Positions 21,210 through 30,298 of a stretch of 64,000 bases of DNA are shown piece after piece (the first letter of the stretch is position 1; each line of letters opens with the position of its first letter). Both the position numbers and the translations under genes were made by a program. A model generated the notes under the pieces. It was given only the letters and a program-made list of their open reading frames with translations, was not told where the DNA came from and searched no databases. Source of the DNA: an uncultured delta proteobacterium (GTDB lineage Bacteria; Myxococcota_A; Polyangia; Palsa-1104). The stretch is from positions 192,001 through 256,000 of the forward strand of contig CAWAWS010000026.1 in the NCBI GenBank assembly GCA_963785725.1, in the 5' to 3' direction.

Positions 21210-21750
21210 CCCGTGGCAGCGGCGGGGCAAGTCGCGCGTCACCGACACGGTCATCTTCAACGTCGATCGCCATCGGCTGGTGCATCCGCGTCACGGCACC
21301 GAGCACGACTTCTTCATCCTCGACGCGCCCGACTGGTGCAACATCGTGCCGCTGACGCGCGATGGTCACGTGGTCATGGTGCGGCAGCGACGGCACGGCA
21401 TCGACGAGGAGACGCTGGAGTTGCCGGGCGGCATGATCGATCCCGAGGATCCGTCGCCGCTGGAAGGCGCGCGGCGCGAGCTGTTGGAAGAGACCGGCTA
21501 TCGCGCGGCGAGCGTCGAGGCGCTGGGCTCGATCGCGCCCAATCCGGCGATGCAGAACAATCGCTGCTGGTCGTTCTTGGCGCGTGACGTCGAGCGTGTG
21601 GCCGACCTTGAGCTCGACGGCTGCGAGGACATCGACGTCGTGCTCGTGCCGTACGCGGAGATTCCGGCGCGGATCGCCCGCGGCGAGATCGCGCACGCGC
21701 TCGTCGTCGTCGCCTTTGCTTACGCGCTCGGGCTGCGGCCGCCGGCCTGA
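21202..21750 (+). CDS. NUDIX hydrolase (ADP-ribose pyrophosphatase-like)
   Basis: Nudix box ELPGGMIDPED...GARRELLEETG. Confidence 0.92.
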   Translation: MADPWQRRGKSRVTDTVIFNVDRHRLVHPRHGTEHDFFILDAPDWCNIVPLTRDGHVVMVRQRRHGIDEETLELPGGMIDPEDPSPLEGARRELLEETGYRAASVEALGSIAPNPAMQNNRCWSFLARDVERVADLELDGCEDIDVVLVPYAEIPARIARGEIAHALVVVAFAYALGLRPPA

Positions 21751-23345
21751 ACCAGCGCCTCGATCTGCTTGACGAAGCTGCGCGGGTCGAGCGGCTTTTT
21801 GACGAGCAGATCGACGCCGCGACGACGGATTTCGCCCGAGTCGAGGTTGAGCCCCCAGCCGGTGATGAGCGCGATGGGCACCGTCGGCGCCGCTTTTTTG
21901 ATCGCGCCCGCGACCTCCCAGCCGTCGAGATCGGGGAGGCCGAGATCGGTCAGCACGACGTCGAAGCGGCCGGGGGCGAAGGCGCCGATGCCGGCGGCGC
22001 CGCAGTCGGCGGCTGTGACCTCGAAGCCGGACAGCGACAAGAGGGTGGCGATCGCTTCGCGATTGTCGGCGTCGTCTTCGACGAGCAGCACGCGGCGGCC
22101 GGAGGTCGCGACGGGCGCGGCACCGGGAGCGGTCGCGGCGTGGACCGGGTGCGCGACGACGGCGATGGGCAGGCGGATGCGAACGGTCGTGCCGTGGCCG
22201 ACGCGGCTGTCGAGATCGATGATGCCGCCGTGACGACGGACGATGCCCCAGGCGACCGAGAGGCCGAGTCCTTGGGCGCGCGGGCGCGTCGTGAAGAACG
22301 GATCGAAGGCGCGGCGACGGACGATGGGCGACATGCCGGCGCCGGCGTCGCGGACGACGAGCGTCACGTGGTCGCCGCCGGCGCCGAGCCCGAGCGTGAT
22401 GACGCCGGAGTCGCCGCTGGCCTGCAGCGCGTTGTCGCCGAGCTCGCGCAAGAGCTCGCCCAGCTCGCCGGCGGTGCCGAGGACGAGCGCCGCGTCCGAG
22501 CTCAGGGCGCCGAGGTCGACGTCGACGCGCACGCCGAGCGGCACGCGCGTGCGCAGGTCGGCGGCGGCCGCGGCGACGAGCGCGGGCAGGGCGACGGGCT
22601 CGAAATCGCGGTCGCGACGCTGGCCGCTGAACTCTTGGACACGCTGGGTCGTGGCCGCGCCGGCCAAGGCCACGGCGCGCAAGCGATCGAGCGCGGCCGT
22701 CGCCGGTGGCGAGTCGCCGACGAGGGCCACGAGCGCGCCCGTCTGCGCCAAGATCGCGTTGAGCACGTTGTTGAAGTCGTGGGCGATGCCGAGGGCCATG
22801 TCGCCGAGGGCGCGCATGCGTTCGGAGCGGACGAGCTGGTCGTGCTCGCGCTCGGCCGGGCCGGCGCCGGCGAGCGGCTCACGCGGCGCGCGCAGGCGAC
22901 GCAGGGCGTGACCGAGGCCGACGCCGAGGATCGCGAGATCGACGGCATCGATGGGCGCGTCGTCGGTGCGCGCGAACAGCGCCAGCACGCCGACGGCGGG
23001 ATCGGCGACATCGAGCGGTGCCAAGTCGACGCGCGCGAAGCCGGCGCCGTTGGCCCACGCGTGCAGCCGATCGATGCCGGCGGCTTCGAGCGTTCCCGGC
23101 AGATCGTCGGGCAGATCGAGCGTCAGGCCGTCGGCGGCCAAGCGCTCGGCGGCGGCGCGATCGGGGCCGTCATCGCCGCGGCCGACGAAGAGCGCGGCGG
23201 CGGCGACCTCGAGCTCGGCGCGTGCGGCTTGGCAGGCGCGCTGCGCCAAGTGCTCGGCCGACGTCGCGTCGGCGAGCGCGCCCAAGATGCGCGCGACGCC
23301 GCGGGCGCGCATGAGCGGCGTCGACGACGGCTGCGACGAGGACAT
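21720..23345 (-). CDS. Hybrid sensor histidine kinase/response regulator
   Basis: H-box GIAHDFNN, D.GAGM, FDPFFTT, GLGL, then REC VLLVEDD..LTDLGLP..KP. Confidence 0.93.
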   Translation of the reverse strand: MSSSQPSSTPLMRARGVARILGALADATSAEHLAQRACQAARAELEVAAAALFVGRGDDGPDRAAAERLAADGLTLDLPDDLPGTLEAAGIDRLHAWANGAGFARVDLAPLDVADPAVGVLALFARTDDAPIDAVDLAILGVGLGHALRRLRAPREPLAGAGPAEREHDQLVRSERMRALGDMALGIAHDFNNVLNAILAQTGALVALVGDSPPATAALDRLRAVALAGAATTQRVQEFSGQRRDRDFEPVALPALVAAAAADLRTRVPLGVRVDVDLGALSSDAALVLGTAGELGELLRELGDNALQASGDSGVITLGLGAGGDHVTLVVRDAGAGMSPIVRRRAFDPFFTTRPRAQGLGLSVAWGIVRRHGGIIDLDSRVGHGTTVRIRLPIAVVAHPVHAATAPGAAPVATSGRRVLLVEDDADNREAIATLLSLSGFEVTAADCGAAGIGAFAPGRFDVVLTDLGLPDLDGWEVAGAIKKAAPTVPIALITGWGLNLDSGEIRRRGVDLLVKKPLDPRSFVKQIEALVQAGGRSPSA

Positions 23346-23398
23346 GAACGGGCACGGTAACGCGGCCGGCGCGCGCGTTCAACTTCGGCGCGTGTGAT

Positions 23399-24037
23399 TT
23401 AGACGCGCAGGTACGTCGTCAAGAGGCGCGCGATCTCGTCGATGAAGGCGTCGCTGGTGGCCTCGGCCGGCCGGTCGGCGAAGGCGGCGTGAATGACGGC
23501 GTGCACCGCGGTTCCCGCGACCCACAGCGCGAGCTCGGCGTGCTTGCGGCGCCCGCGCATGCTCGCGACCCAGCCGGCGCCCAGCTCGGCGAGCGCCTGG
23601 TCGGCCTCGGTCGCGATGGGCCGAAGGCCGAGGCGGGCGCCTTCCTGCGTGAAAACCCGGTGCAGGTCGGGCGCGACCGAGTGCTGTGCGACGAGCGCGA
23701 CGACCATGCGGCGCACGGTGCGCGCGGCGCTGGCGCGTTCGCCGGCGGGCTTCGCGTCGGCCACGCGCAGCGCGGCCAGCATGGCGCCGCGGCTCTCGGC
23801 CACGTGCTGCCGATAGAGCTCGGCGAAGATGGCCTCTTTGTTGGGGAAATATTGGTAGAGCGAGGCGATGTTGACGCCGGCGCGCTCGGCCACGCTGTTG
23901 GTCGTGAAGGCGTCGTAGCCCTGGCGCACCAAAATGTAAGCCGCGGCTTGCAGGATGGCTTCGACGGTGGCGCGCGATCGCTCCTGACGCGGCGATTTTC
24001 GCTTCTCAATCGGCTGGCGCTTCCTCTGGGCGGGCAT
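23399..24037 (-). CDS. TetR/AcrR family transcriptional regulator
   Basis: PRQERSRATVEAIL..TTNSVAERAGVNIASLYQYFPNK. Confidence 0.93.
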   Translation of the reverse strand: MPAQRKRQPIEKRKSPRQERSRATVEAILQAAAYILVRQGYDAFTTNSVAERAGVNIASLYQYFPNKEAIFAELYRQHVAESRGAMLAALRVADAKPAGERASAARTVRRMVVALVAQHSVAPDLHRVFTQEGARLGLRPIATEADQALAELGAGWVASMRGRRKHAELALWVAGTAVHAVIHAAFADRPAEATSDAFIDEIARLLTTYLRV

Positions 24038-24049
24038 GCAAGTAGACAT

Positions 24050-24071
24050 AACGTAAGCGTTAACTTACGTT
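24050..24071. promoter_or_regulatory. Palindromic operator, probably for the adjacent TetR
   Basis: AACGTAAG-cgttaa-CTTACGTT in the short divergent intergenic gap. Confidence 0.65.
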
Positions 24072-24092
24072 TTGCAAAGGAGGAAGCGGCAC

Positions 24093-24356
24093 ATGGACAT
24101 CTTAGGGACGTTTTTCATTGGCTTACTGGTGGGCTTCGTGGCGCGCGGGCTGCATCGCGGCGAAGACAAGATGGGCATCTGGGCGACGAGCTTGCTCGGC
24201 ATCGGCGGGTCGGCCATCGCGACGTTCGGCGGCCAGGCGCTGCACGTGTATCGCGCCGGCGAAACGGCGGGATTCGTGGGTGCGACGCTGGGCGCCGTCG
24301 TGCTGTTGGTCATCGGCAACGTGCTCCGGCGCGTGCGGCAATCTCCGCAAGGTTGA
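24093..24356 (+). CDS. GlsB/YeaQ/YmgE (transglycosylase-associated) small membrane protein
   Basis: IGLLVGFVAR, LLGIGGS, GFVGATLGAVVLL; AGGAGG RBS. Confidence 0.88.
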   Translation: MDILGTFFIGLLVGFVARGLHRGEDKMGIWATSLLGIGGSAIATFGGQALHVYRAGETAGFVGATLGAVVLLVIGNVLRRVRQSPQG

Positions 24357-24952
24357 TGATGCGCGGCCGCGGCGTTCGGTTCGCCTGGCTGGTCGTCGCT
24401 GCGTGGCTCGGGTTGGCGTCCGGGGCTGCGTGGGCGCACGAGGATGTGCCGGCGGTGCCTGGCGAGCCGACGGCGGGCATGGTGACGATCGAGTCGACGC
24501 GCGCAGGAGCGGTCGTCGAGCGGCGCGTAAACCAGGTGAAGGGCTGGTCGATCACGTTGCCGTTTCCGGCGTTTACGCTGACCGAACAATGGGAGCCGGT
24601 GTGCGTCGTGCCGTGCGCCATGCGGCTCGAGCGCAACGCGGTTTACAAGGTCGACGGCGTGGGCGTGGCGCCGTCGGCGGCGTTCGTGCTGCCGCGCGGG
24701 CCGGAGGCGCTCGGGCTGCGCGTGAGCGCGGCGTCGAAGCTCGGGCGCGACGCGGGCGTGGCCGCGACCGTGGTCGGCGTCGTCACGGTCGTCGTGGCGG
24801 CGATCGTGGCAGGCGGCGCGGCGACGACGACGCAGGCCGGGAACCGGCTATTGTATGTCGGCGCGCCGGGGCTGGCGGTGACGGCGCTCGGCGCGATCCT
24901 GTGGGGGGCGAACGGAACGCGCGTGCGCATGAGCGACGGCCGATCGTTGTAG
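24356..24952 (+). CDS. Hypothetical exported/membrane protein
   Basis: Signal peptide ending AWA-H, VCVVPC motif, two C-terminal TM helices; TGATG overlap with the upstream gene. Confidence 0.65.
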   Translation: MMRGRGVRFAWLVVAAWLGLASGAAWAHEDVPAVPGEPTAGMVTIESTRAGAVVERRVNQVKGWSITLPFPAFTLTEQWEPVCVVPCAMRLERNAVYKVDGVGVAPSAAFVLPRGPEALGLRVSAASKLGRDAGVAATVVGVVTVVVAAIVAGGAATTTQAGNRLLYVGAPGLAVTALGAILWGANGTRVRMSDGRSL

Positions 24953-25112
24953 CCGCGTCATCCGTCATGTTTGCGGCATCGTCGGAGCTGAATGAGGCCG
25001 CAGGCGCGTGCGCCAAGACCTTGGCGCGTCTGCGGCCTTGGACTGGAGGCCTCAGAGCGCGCGCCAAGACCCAAAAAGTGTTCATCCCGCCCCGCCTTAT
25101 CCCAGGGTTCGA

Positions 25113-25140
25113 ATGTCTGATAAGGCGTATTATGTCAACT
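25113..25140 (+). other. dif: dif-like XerC/XerD recombination site (probable chromosome terminus)
   Basis: 11-6-11 layout ATGTCTGATAA-GGCGTA-TTATGTCAACT. The right arm matches the E. coli XerD arm TTATGTTAAAT at 9/11, and ATAA-N6-TTAT is intact. Intergenic and AT-rich. Confidence 0.82.
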
Positions 25141-25170
25141 GACCGCTAATCGACAACGCTGGCCGTTTCA

Positions 25171-25896
25171 TCACACGGCGGCGTCGTCCTCGTCGGGGCC
25201 TCGATACTCGGCGTTGTTCGGGTTGAGTTGGTCGGCGTGGTTGTCGAGGCTGTCCCAGTAGGCATCATTGTTCGGGTTCATGCTGTCGCTCCGATCGTCG
25301 TTCGGATCTCGGCTCATGGTGGTCTCCTTCAAATGGTTCGGGCCGCGTACGATGCGAGGCTTGCGTGAGAGCGCGAAGGCGCGTCTAAAGATGCTCAGTT
25401 TGTTCTGCAGCGACGGCGCTCCGCCTTCGCCGAGGGCGAGCGCAGCTTCTCGCCGCGATTTGTGTTTCCCGTCCTTCATGGCGGATTCGAAGCGAGCAAG
25501 CTGATACGGAAGCTCATCATCGAGAGGACGACCGGCGCGCTTCCTGGGGACATTCTTGGCGGCTTCCGCCTCAGCGCAGGACACAAGAAACGGCGGGCAC
25601 TCGATCTTGGCGGCGATGCTCGTCTTCCCGTTGACCACGAGCCAGTCGACGATTGCAGGAGCGTGCTCGGGAAACAACCGCGCTAGCCGCGTGAGGCGGC
25701 GCGTTTCCTTCGGCTGCTTCGTCACCAGGTTCTTAGCCTTGGCGATTTCAGACTCGATAGCAGCGGTATTTGCGCCCGCTTCGGGAAACGCGAACTCGTC
25801 CGAACTGGCAATGATGAAGGCGCCGATGACAGGCTGATCAAGTGCCGTTGGTGCCGTCCTCGAGGGGCATTTGATGACGATGTCGAAGGTCCGCAT
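25171..25896 (-). CDS. Orphan protein with in-frame C-terminal Asn/Asp-rich peptide (possible separate 48-aa gene at 25171-25317)
   Basis: 241-aa ORF. The internal ATG at 25317 has a GAAGGAG RBS; the peptide carries MNPNNDAY and LNPNNAEY repeats. Confidence 0.5.
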   Translation of the reverse strand: MRTFDIVIKCPSRTAPTALDQPVIGAFIIASSDEFAFPEAGANTAAIESEIAKAKNLVTKQPKETRRLTRLARLFPEHAPAIVDWLVVNGKTSIAAKIECPPFLVSCAEAEAAKNVPRKRAGRPLDDELPYQLARFESAMKDGKHKSRREAALALGEGGAPSLQNKLSIFRRAFALSRKPRIVRGPNHLKETTMSRDPNDDRSDSMNPNNDAYWDSLDNHADQLNPNNAEYRGPDEDDAAV

Positions 25897-26217
25897 GCCT
25901 CAAAGCTAGCCAGGCACGGGCGGTGCGGCTATCACAGAAATCACCTCGGGGACGCGCCGCCGAGGCGCCGCGCCTGTCCCCGCGATCAGCTCAAACACGA
26001 GCACCACCGTGAAGCCCTTGGCAGCCATGCAAAGGTTGCATGCCACGGTATCGAGCGTAGAACCGCTCGTGGGATCGCGGATGGATGGGCCCGTCACCGA
26101 GGCGAGAACCTCCGAATCGCTCGCGGCTTCTTTTGAAGCGCAGGTCGGGACAGCGCTCGCGCTTACCGCGCGCGCAACGACGGGCTGCGGCGTGCAGACG
26201 GTGCCCGAGGAGATGAG

Positions 26218-27444
26218 ATGTCCGCCCCTTCCAAGCGAACGCGGATTGGCCTCGACTGGCTCAACTTCCTGTTGGCCGACGTGCAGACCGGCGTGGGGCC
26301 GTTCCTGGCCATCTACCTCGCCGGCTACGGCTGGAACGAGGAGCGCGTCGGCCTCGCGTTGACCATCGGCGGCATGGCCGGCATCTTGGCGCAGACGCCG
26401 GCCGGTGCGCTCGTCGACGCCCTGCGCCAGAAGCGCGCCATTATCGCCACCGCGGTGGCGGCTCTCGCCGCCGGTGCGCTCGCGATCGCGCTGTTTCCTT
26501 CGTTGGGACCGGTCGTGGCAGCGCAGATCGTGATCGGCGGCACGTCGAGCGTCCTCATCCCGGCGATCTGCGGAATCTCCCTCGGCGTCGTCGGGCACGC
26601 CGCCTTCGATGCCCGCCAGGGCCGCAATCAGACCTTCAACTCGGCGGGCAACGTCACCGCTGCCGTGTCGATGGGCCTGCTCGGCTACTTCGTGTCCAAT
26701 CGCAGCATCTTCTTTTTCGTCGTCGGCCTGGCCATCCCGACGCTGCTCGTGCTGCGACTCATCCGACCGGACGAAATCGATCACCGGCTGGCACGCGGCT
26801 CCACCGACGGGACGACCGCCGGCAGCGCCGAACGCGTGCGCGCACTCTTCGCCGACCGCCCGCTCGTCATCTTCCTCGTCTGCGCCGTGCTGTTCCACTT
26901 CGCCAACGCGGCCATGCTACCGCTGCTCGGCGAGCGGCTGGCCAAGGGACGCGGGCGCAGCTCGATGCTGTTCATGTCCGCTTGTGTCGTCACGACGCAG
27001 CTCGTGATCACCCTGCTCGCCTCGTGGTCGGGCCGCCGCGCCGGCGCCTGGGGACGCAAGCCGCTCCTCGTGATCGCGTTCGGCGTCTTGCCGATTCGCG
27101 GCGTGCTCTATACGTTGACCGCGAGCAGCGCCTGGCTCGTCGCCATCCAGGTGCTGGACGGTATCGGCGCCGGAATCTTCGGTGTCGTCTCGGTCCTCGT
27201 CATCGCCGACCTCACGCGTGGCACCGGTCGCTTCAACCTCACGTTGGGCGCCATCACCACGGCCGTCGGCATCGGCGCCGCGCTGAGCCAGGTCATCGCC
27301 GGCAGCCTCGTGCACCACGCGGGGTTTCGCGTCGGCTTCCTGTTCTTATCCGGCGTCGCCGTCGCCGCCCTCGCCATCCTCTACTTCTTCATGCCGGAAA
27401 CCCTCGAGACGGTGCGGCGACCAGATGACGCCAGCGCGCTGTGA
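26218..27444 (+). CDS. MFS transporter
   Basis: About 12 TM helices; LNFLLADVQTGVGPF, WGRKPLL, QVLDGIGAG, GTGRFN. Confidence 0.92.
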   Translation: MSAPSKRTRIGLDWLNFLLADVQTGVGPFLAIYLAGYGWNEERVGLALTIGGMAGILAQTPAGALVDALRQKRAIIATAVAALAAGALAIALFPSLGPVVAAQIVIGGTSSVLIPAICGISLGVVGHAAFDARQGRNQTFNSAGNVTAAVSMGLLGYFVSNRSIFFFVVGLAIPTLLVLRLIRPDEIDHRLARGSTDGTTAGSAERVRALFADRPLVIFLVCAVLFHFANAAMLPLLGERLAKGRGRSSMLFMSACVVTTQLVITLLASWSGRRAGAWGRKPLLVIAFGVLPIRGVLYTLTASSAWLVAIQVLDGIGAGIFGVVSVLVIADLTRGTGRFNLTLGAITTAVGIGAALSQVIAGSLVHHAGFRVGFLFLSGVAVAALAILYFFMPETLETVRRPDDASAL

Positions 27445-27523
27445 CGCGACGCTGATTGCAGGTCGTTGGCGCTCACGGATGTGCCTCCTTGCGCTCGATC
27501 GCGCGCGGCTGGACAGTAGCGCA

Positions 27524-28111
27524 ATGACCGAGCCCTCGAGAATCCGGCCCACGCTTGCCGTCATCACCGTCAGCACTCGTCCCGGGCGCGCCGGCTTTCC
27601 CCTCAGCACGTGGATCGTCGAGCGCGCCCAGGCGCACGGCGCATTCGAGGTCGCGCTGGTCGATCTGCGCGACGTGAATCTTCCGCTGTTCGACGAGGCC
27701 CGTCACCCGCGTCTCCGGCAATACGAGCACGAGCACACGAAGCGCTGGAGCGCGACGGTGGACGCCGCCGACGCCTTCATCTTCGTCACGCCCGAGTATG
27801 ACCACGGGACGCCGCCCTCGTTCATCAACGCGCTGGTTTATCTGGTGCAAGAGTGGGCGCACAAGCCGGTCAGCTTCGTCAGCTATGGTGGCCCGGCGGG
27901 CGGGACGCGCGCGGTGCAGATGGTCAAGCCGATGTTGGCGGCGCTGAAGATGGTGGTGCTGCAGGAGTCGGTGATGGTGCCGCTGTTCATGCACAACATC
28001 GACGACAGCGGCGTGTTCCGCCCGAGCGAGCTGCAGCAAAGCCACGCCACCATGATGCTCGATGCGCTCGTGAAGTGGGACCAGGCGCTCACGCCGATGC
28101 GAGCCCAATGA
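27524..28111 (+). CDS. NADPH-dependent FMN reductase
   Basis: STRPGR.G, LPLFDE..HP, ADAFIFVTPEY, SYGG.AGGTRA. Confidence 0.92.
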   Translation: MTEPSRIRPTLAVITVSTRPGRAGFPLSTWIVERAQAHGAFEVALVDLRDVNLPLFDEARHPRLRQYEHEHTKRWSATVDAADAFIFVTPEYDHGTPPSFINALVYLVQEWAHKPVSFVSYGGPAGGTRAVQMVKPMLAALKMVVLQESVMVPLFMHNIDDSGVFRPSELQQSHATMMLDALVKWDQALTPMRAQ

Positions 28112-28320
28112 GTCGACGATCAACGCGGTGGCCCATCGATTGGGGCTGGCGGCCCGTCGTGATGGGCGGCGCGTCAGCTGCAGTGCGCTTGCTGGCGCCC
28201 GCGGTCCCGCCGTAGATGAGGGCGGCACGACTGCACGATGGGTACGCGGCGTTGGTGCGGCAACCGCGTCGCCTTCATCGTGCGACGACGCGGTTGCGCA
28301 GCGTGATGACGAGGCGGGTC

Positions 28321-29832
28321 TTACAGGCCGTTCAGGTGCCAGGTCTGCGCGACGGTGCCATTGCAGTCGTAAATCTGCACTTGCGTACCGTCGGCGGCCG
28401 ACGCGGCGTTGATGTCGAGGCACTTGTTGCTGTTGGTGTTGATGAACTCGACGTTGCCGCCACCGACGTCGACGATGTTGAACGACTGCGCGCCCGTGCC
28501 GTTGCAGTCCCACAGCTGCGCCTTGGTCAGGTCGGCCGTGCCCGACGCAGAGATGTCGACGCACTTGTTGCTGTTGTCATTGACGATCTGGTAGTTGCCA
28601 TTGGCGACGGCGACCTTGTGGAACGTCTGCGCGGCCGTGCCGTTGCAGGTCCACTCTTGGATCTTGGTGCCGTCGGCCGTGCCCGCGCCGTTGACGTCGA
28701 GGCACTTGCCGCTGAAGGGCGCGGTGATCGTGCCCGAGCCGCCGCCGCCGCGCGAGCCGCCGAACGTCACGGTGAAGTTGTTGCCCGAATTCGAGGTCGT
28801 CCAATTGCCGCCGCAATTGGCCAGCGAGTTGATGACCCAGTTGGTCCACGACAGGCCCGGAACATTGATGCCGTTGCCGTTGATGTCGCTGATGGCGAAG
28901 TTGTCGTACGTGAGCTGGCCGGTCGTCGGCACCTGATCGCATGACGTCAGCGAGTAGACCTCGAGCACGCCGCCGAAGATCCAGTCGTGCGGGTGGCCGA
29001 ACGACGACGTATCGAACTCCGACGCCTGGCCGGTGCGCTCGTCTTTGGTCTCGATATGCCAATTGTCGCAGATGCCGGTGTCGGAGTGGCAGCTGGTTCC
29101 CGTGTTGGTGCCGAGGATGGTGTCGCCGGGGTTGACCGGGACCGAGTCGCCGTATTCGGCGTTGCCGCCGCCTTCACAGCAGTTCCAGCTCTGCACGAAC
29201 CACTGCGCGTTCTCGTAGGCGAGCACCGGCTGCAAGATGGTGCCGCCGTCTTTGCCGTCGAGCGTCTCGGTGCCCGGGAAGAAGAAGAGCACCTGGCCCG
29301 CCTGCGCCGGCGTCGGCGGCACGACCCAGCTCGTCTGCAGTCGCGAGACGCCGGGATTGAAGGTCGAATATTGCGCCAGCGACCAGCCTTCGACATCGGC
29401 CTCGGCGTCGAGCGGCTTGACGACGGGCAGCGTGTCCGGCTTGACCGCCGGCTGCGCCCCGCCGATGCCGGGCGCGTAGTTCATCCTCCCCGCAGCGGCC
29501 GCGATGGTCGGCTTGCCGGCGGCGTCGAAGTGCGGATAGGAGCAGACCGACGTCGCGCGCGCCTTGCCGGTCTGCGCGACGATGGTGCCGTTGGTTCCCA
29601 GCGTCTCGTTGCCGTTGACGTGCACGAGGCACGACGGGTGGAAGTAGCCGACCGGCGTCGCCACGTAACCCGCGGGAACGCCCGCCGGCAGGACCGGAGG
29701 CCGCGCGACGATGGCCTGGCTGCTCGAGCCTTCGGAGCCGGCGCCGGAGATCTCGCCGTTACATCCCAGTCCTGCGATGCTCATCGACAACGCCAACGCG
29801 GCCAGTGCCTTCGGTACGGTCCAATGATTCAT
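28321..29832 (-). CDS. Secreted lipoprotein: uncharacterised beta-sandwich domain plus C-terminal ricin B lectin
   Basis: Lipobox GLG-C; TPVGYFHPSC, WVVP, ILQPVL motifs; three KC(L/V)D..CNGT.AQ ricin repeats. Confidence 0.82.
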   Translation of the reverse strand: MNHWTVPKALAALALSMSIAGLGCNGEISGAGSEGSSSQAIVARPPVLPAGVPAGYVATPVGYFHPSCLVHVNGNETLGTNGTIVAQTGKARATSVCSYPHFDAAGKPTIAAAAGRMNYAPGIGGAQPAVKPDTLPVVKPLDAEADVEGWSLAQYSTFNPGVSRLQTSWVVPPTPAQAGQVLFFFPGTETLDGKDGGTILQPVLAYENAQWFVQSWNCCEGGGNAEYGDSVPVNPGDTILGTNTGTSCHSDTGICDNWHIETKDERTGQASEFDTSSFGHPHDWIFGGVLEVYSLTSCDQVPTTGQLTYDNFAISDINGNGINVPGLSWTNWVINSLANCGGNWTTSNSGNNFTVTFGGSRGGGGSGTITAPFSGKCLDVNGAGTADGTKIQEWTCNGTAAQTFHKVAVANGNYQIVNDNSNKCVDISASGTADLTKAQLWDCNGTGAQSFNIVDVGGGNVEFINTNSNKCLDINAASAADGTQVQIYDCNGTVAQTWHLNGL

Positions 29833-30298
29833 TGAGCGCCTCCGTTTGTGCAGCGACTTCGATTGACTGCTCGTCTCGGCGACCGCGATGGGCGGAGCCA
29901 CGTCCTGCGAATCGAGCAGCGCGACAAGTCAGGGCGCGTGCGTGGACGAGCTGCGAGCACGGTCGGCTCGTCAACCGGCGATGTCCACTTCCACGGTTCC
30001 GCAGTCTGCAGTCACAACGAGCTGCACCGCGCCGAGACACTTTCGATCGCGTGCAGGAGCAACTGTCGCGCCACGCTGGGCTGCCGCGAGGCCCACGTGG
30101 GACAACGGCTTAGCGGCGCTCCTCGCGACAATCCGCGAGCGAGAGAATCCCCCACCTGTATCGCATCGGAAGCGAATTCACGTGGATCTGCCTTGGATGT
30201 CGGGAAAGATGATTGGCCGATATCGAATCGTCGTCGTCCTCAGATACAGACACCGACTCGAGCGGCCGAATCGGAAATGGGGCAATGCGGCGCGGCGA

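Noticed and set aside
25100..25119. GGTTCGAAT resembling a tRNA T-loop just left of dif
   Set aside because: The T-stem pairs poorly, and there is no acceptor stem, D-arm or anticodon arm.
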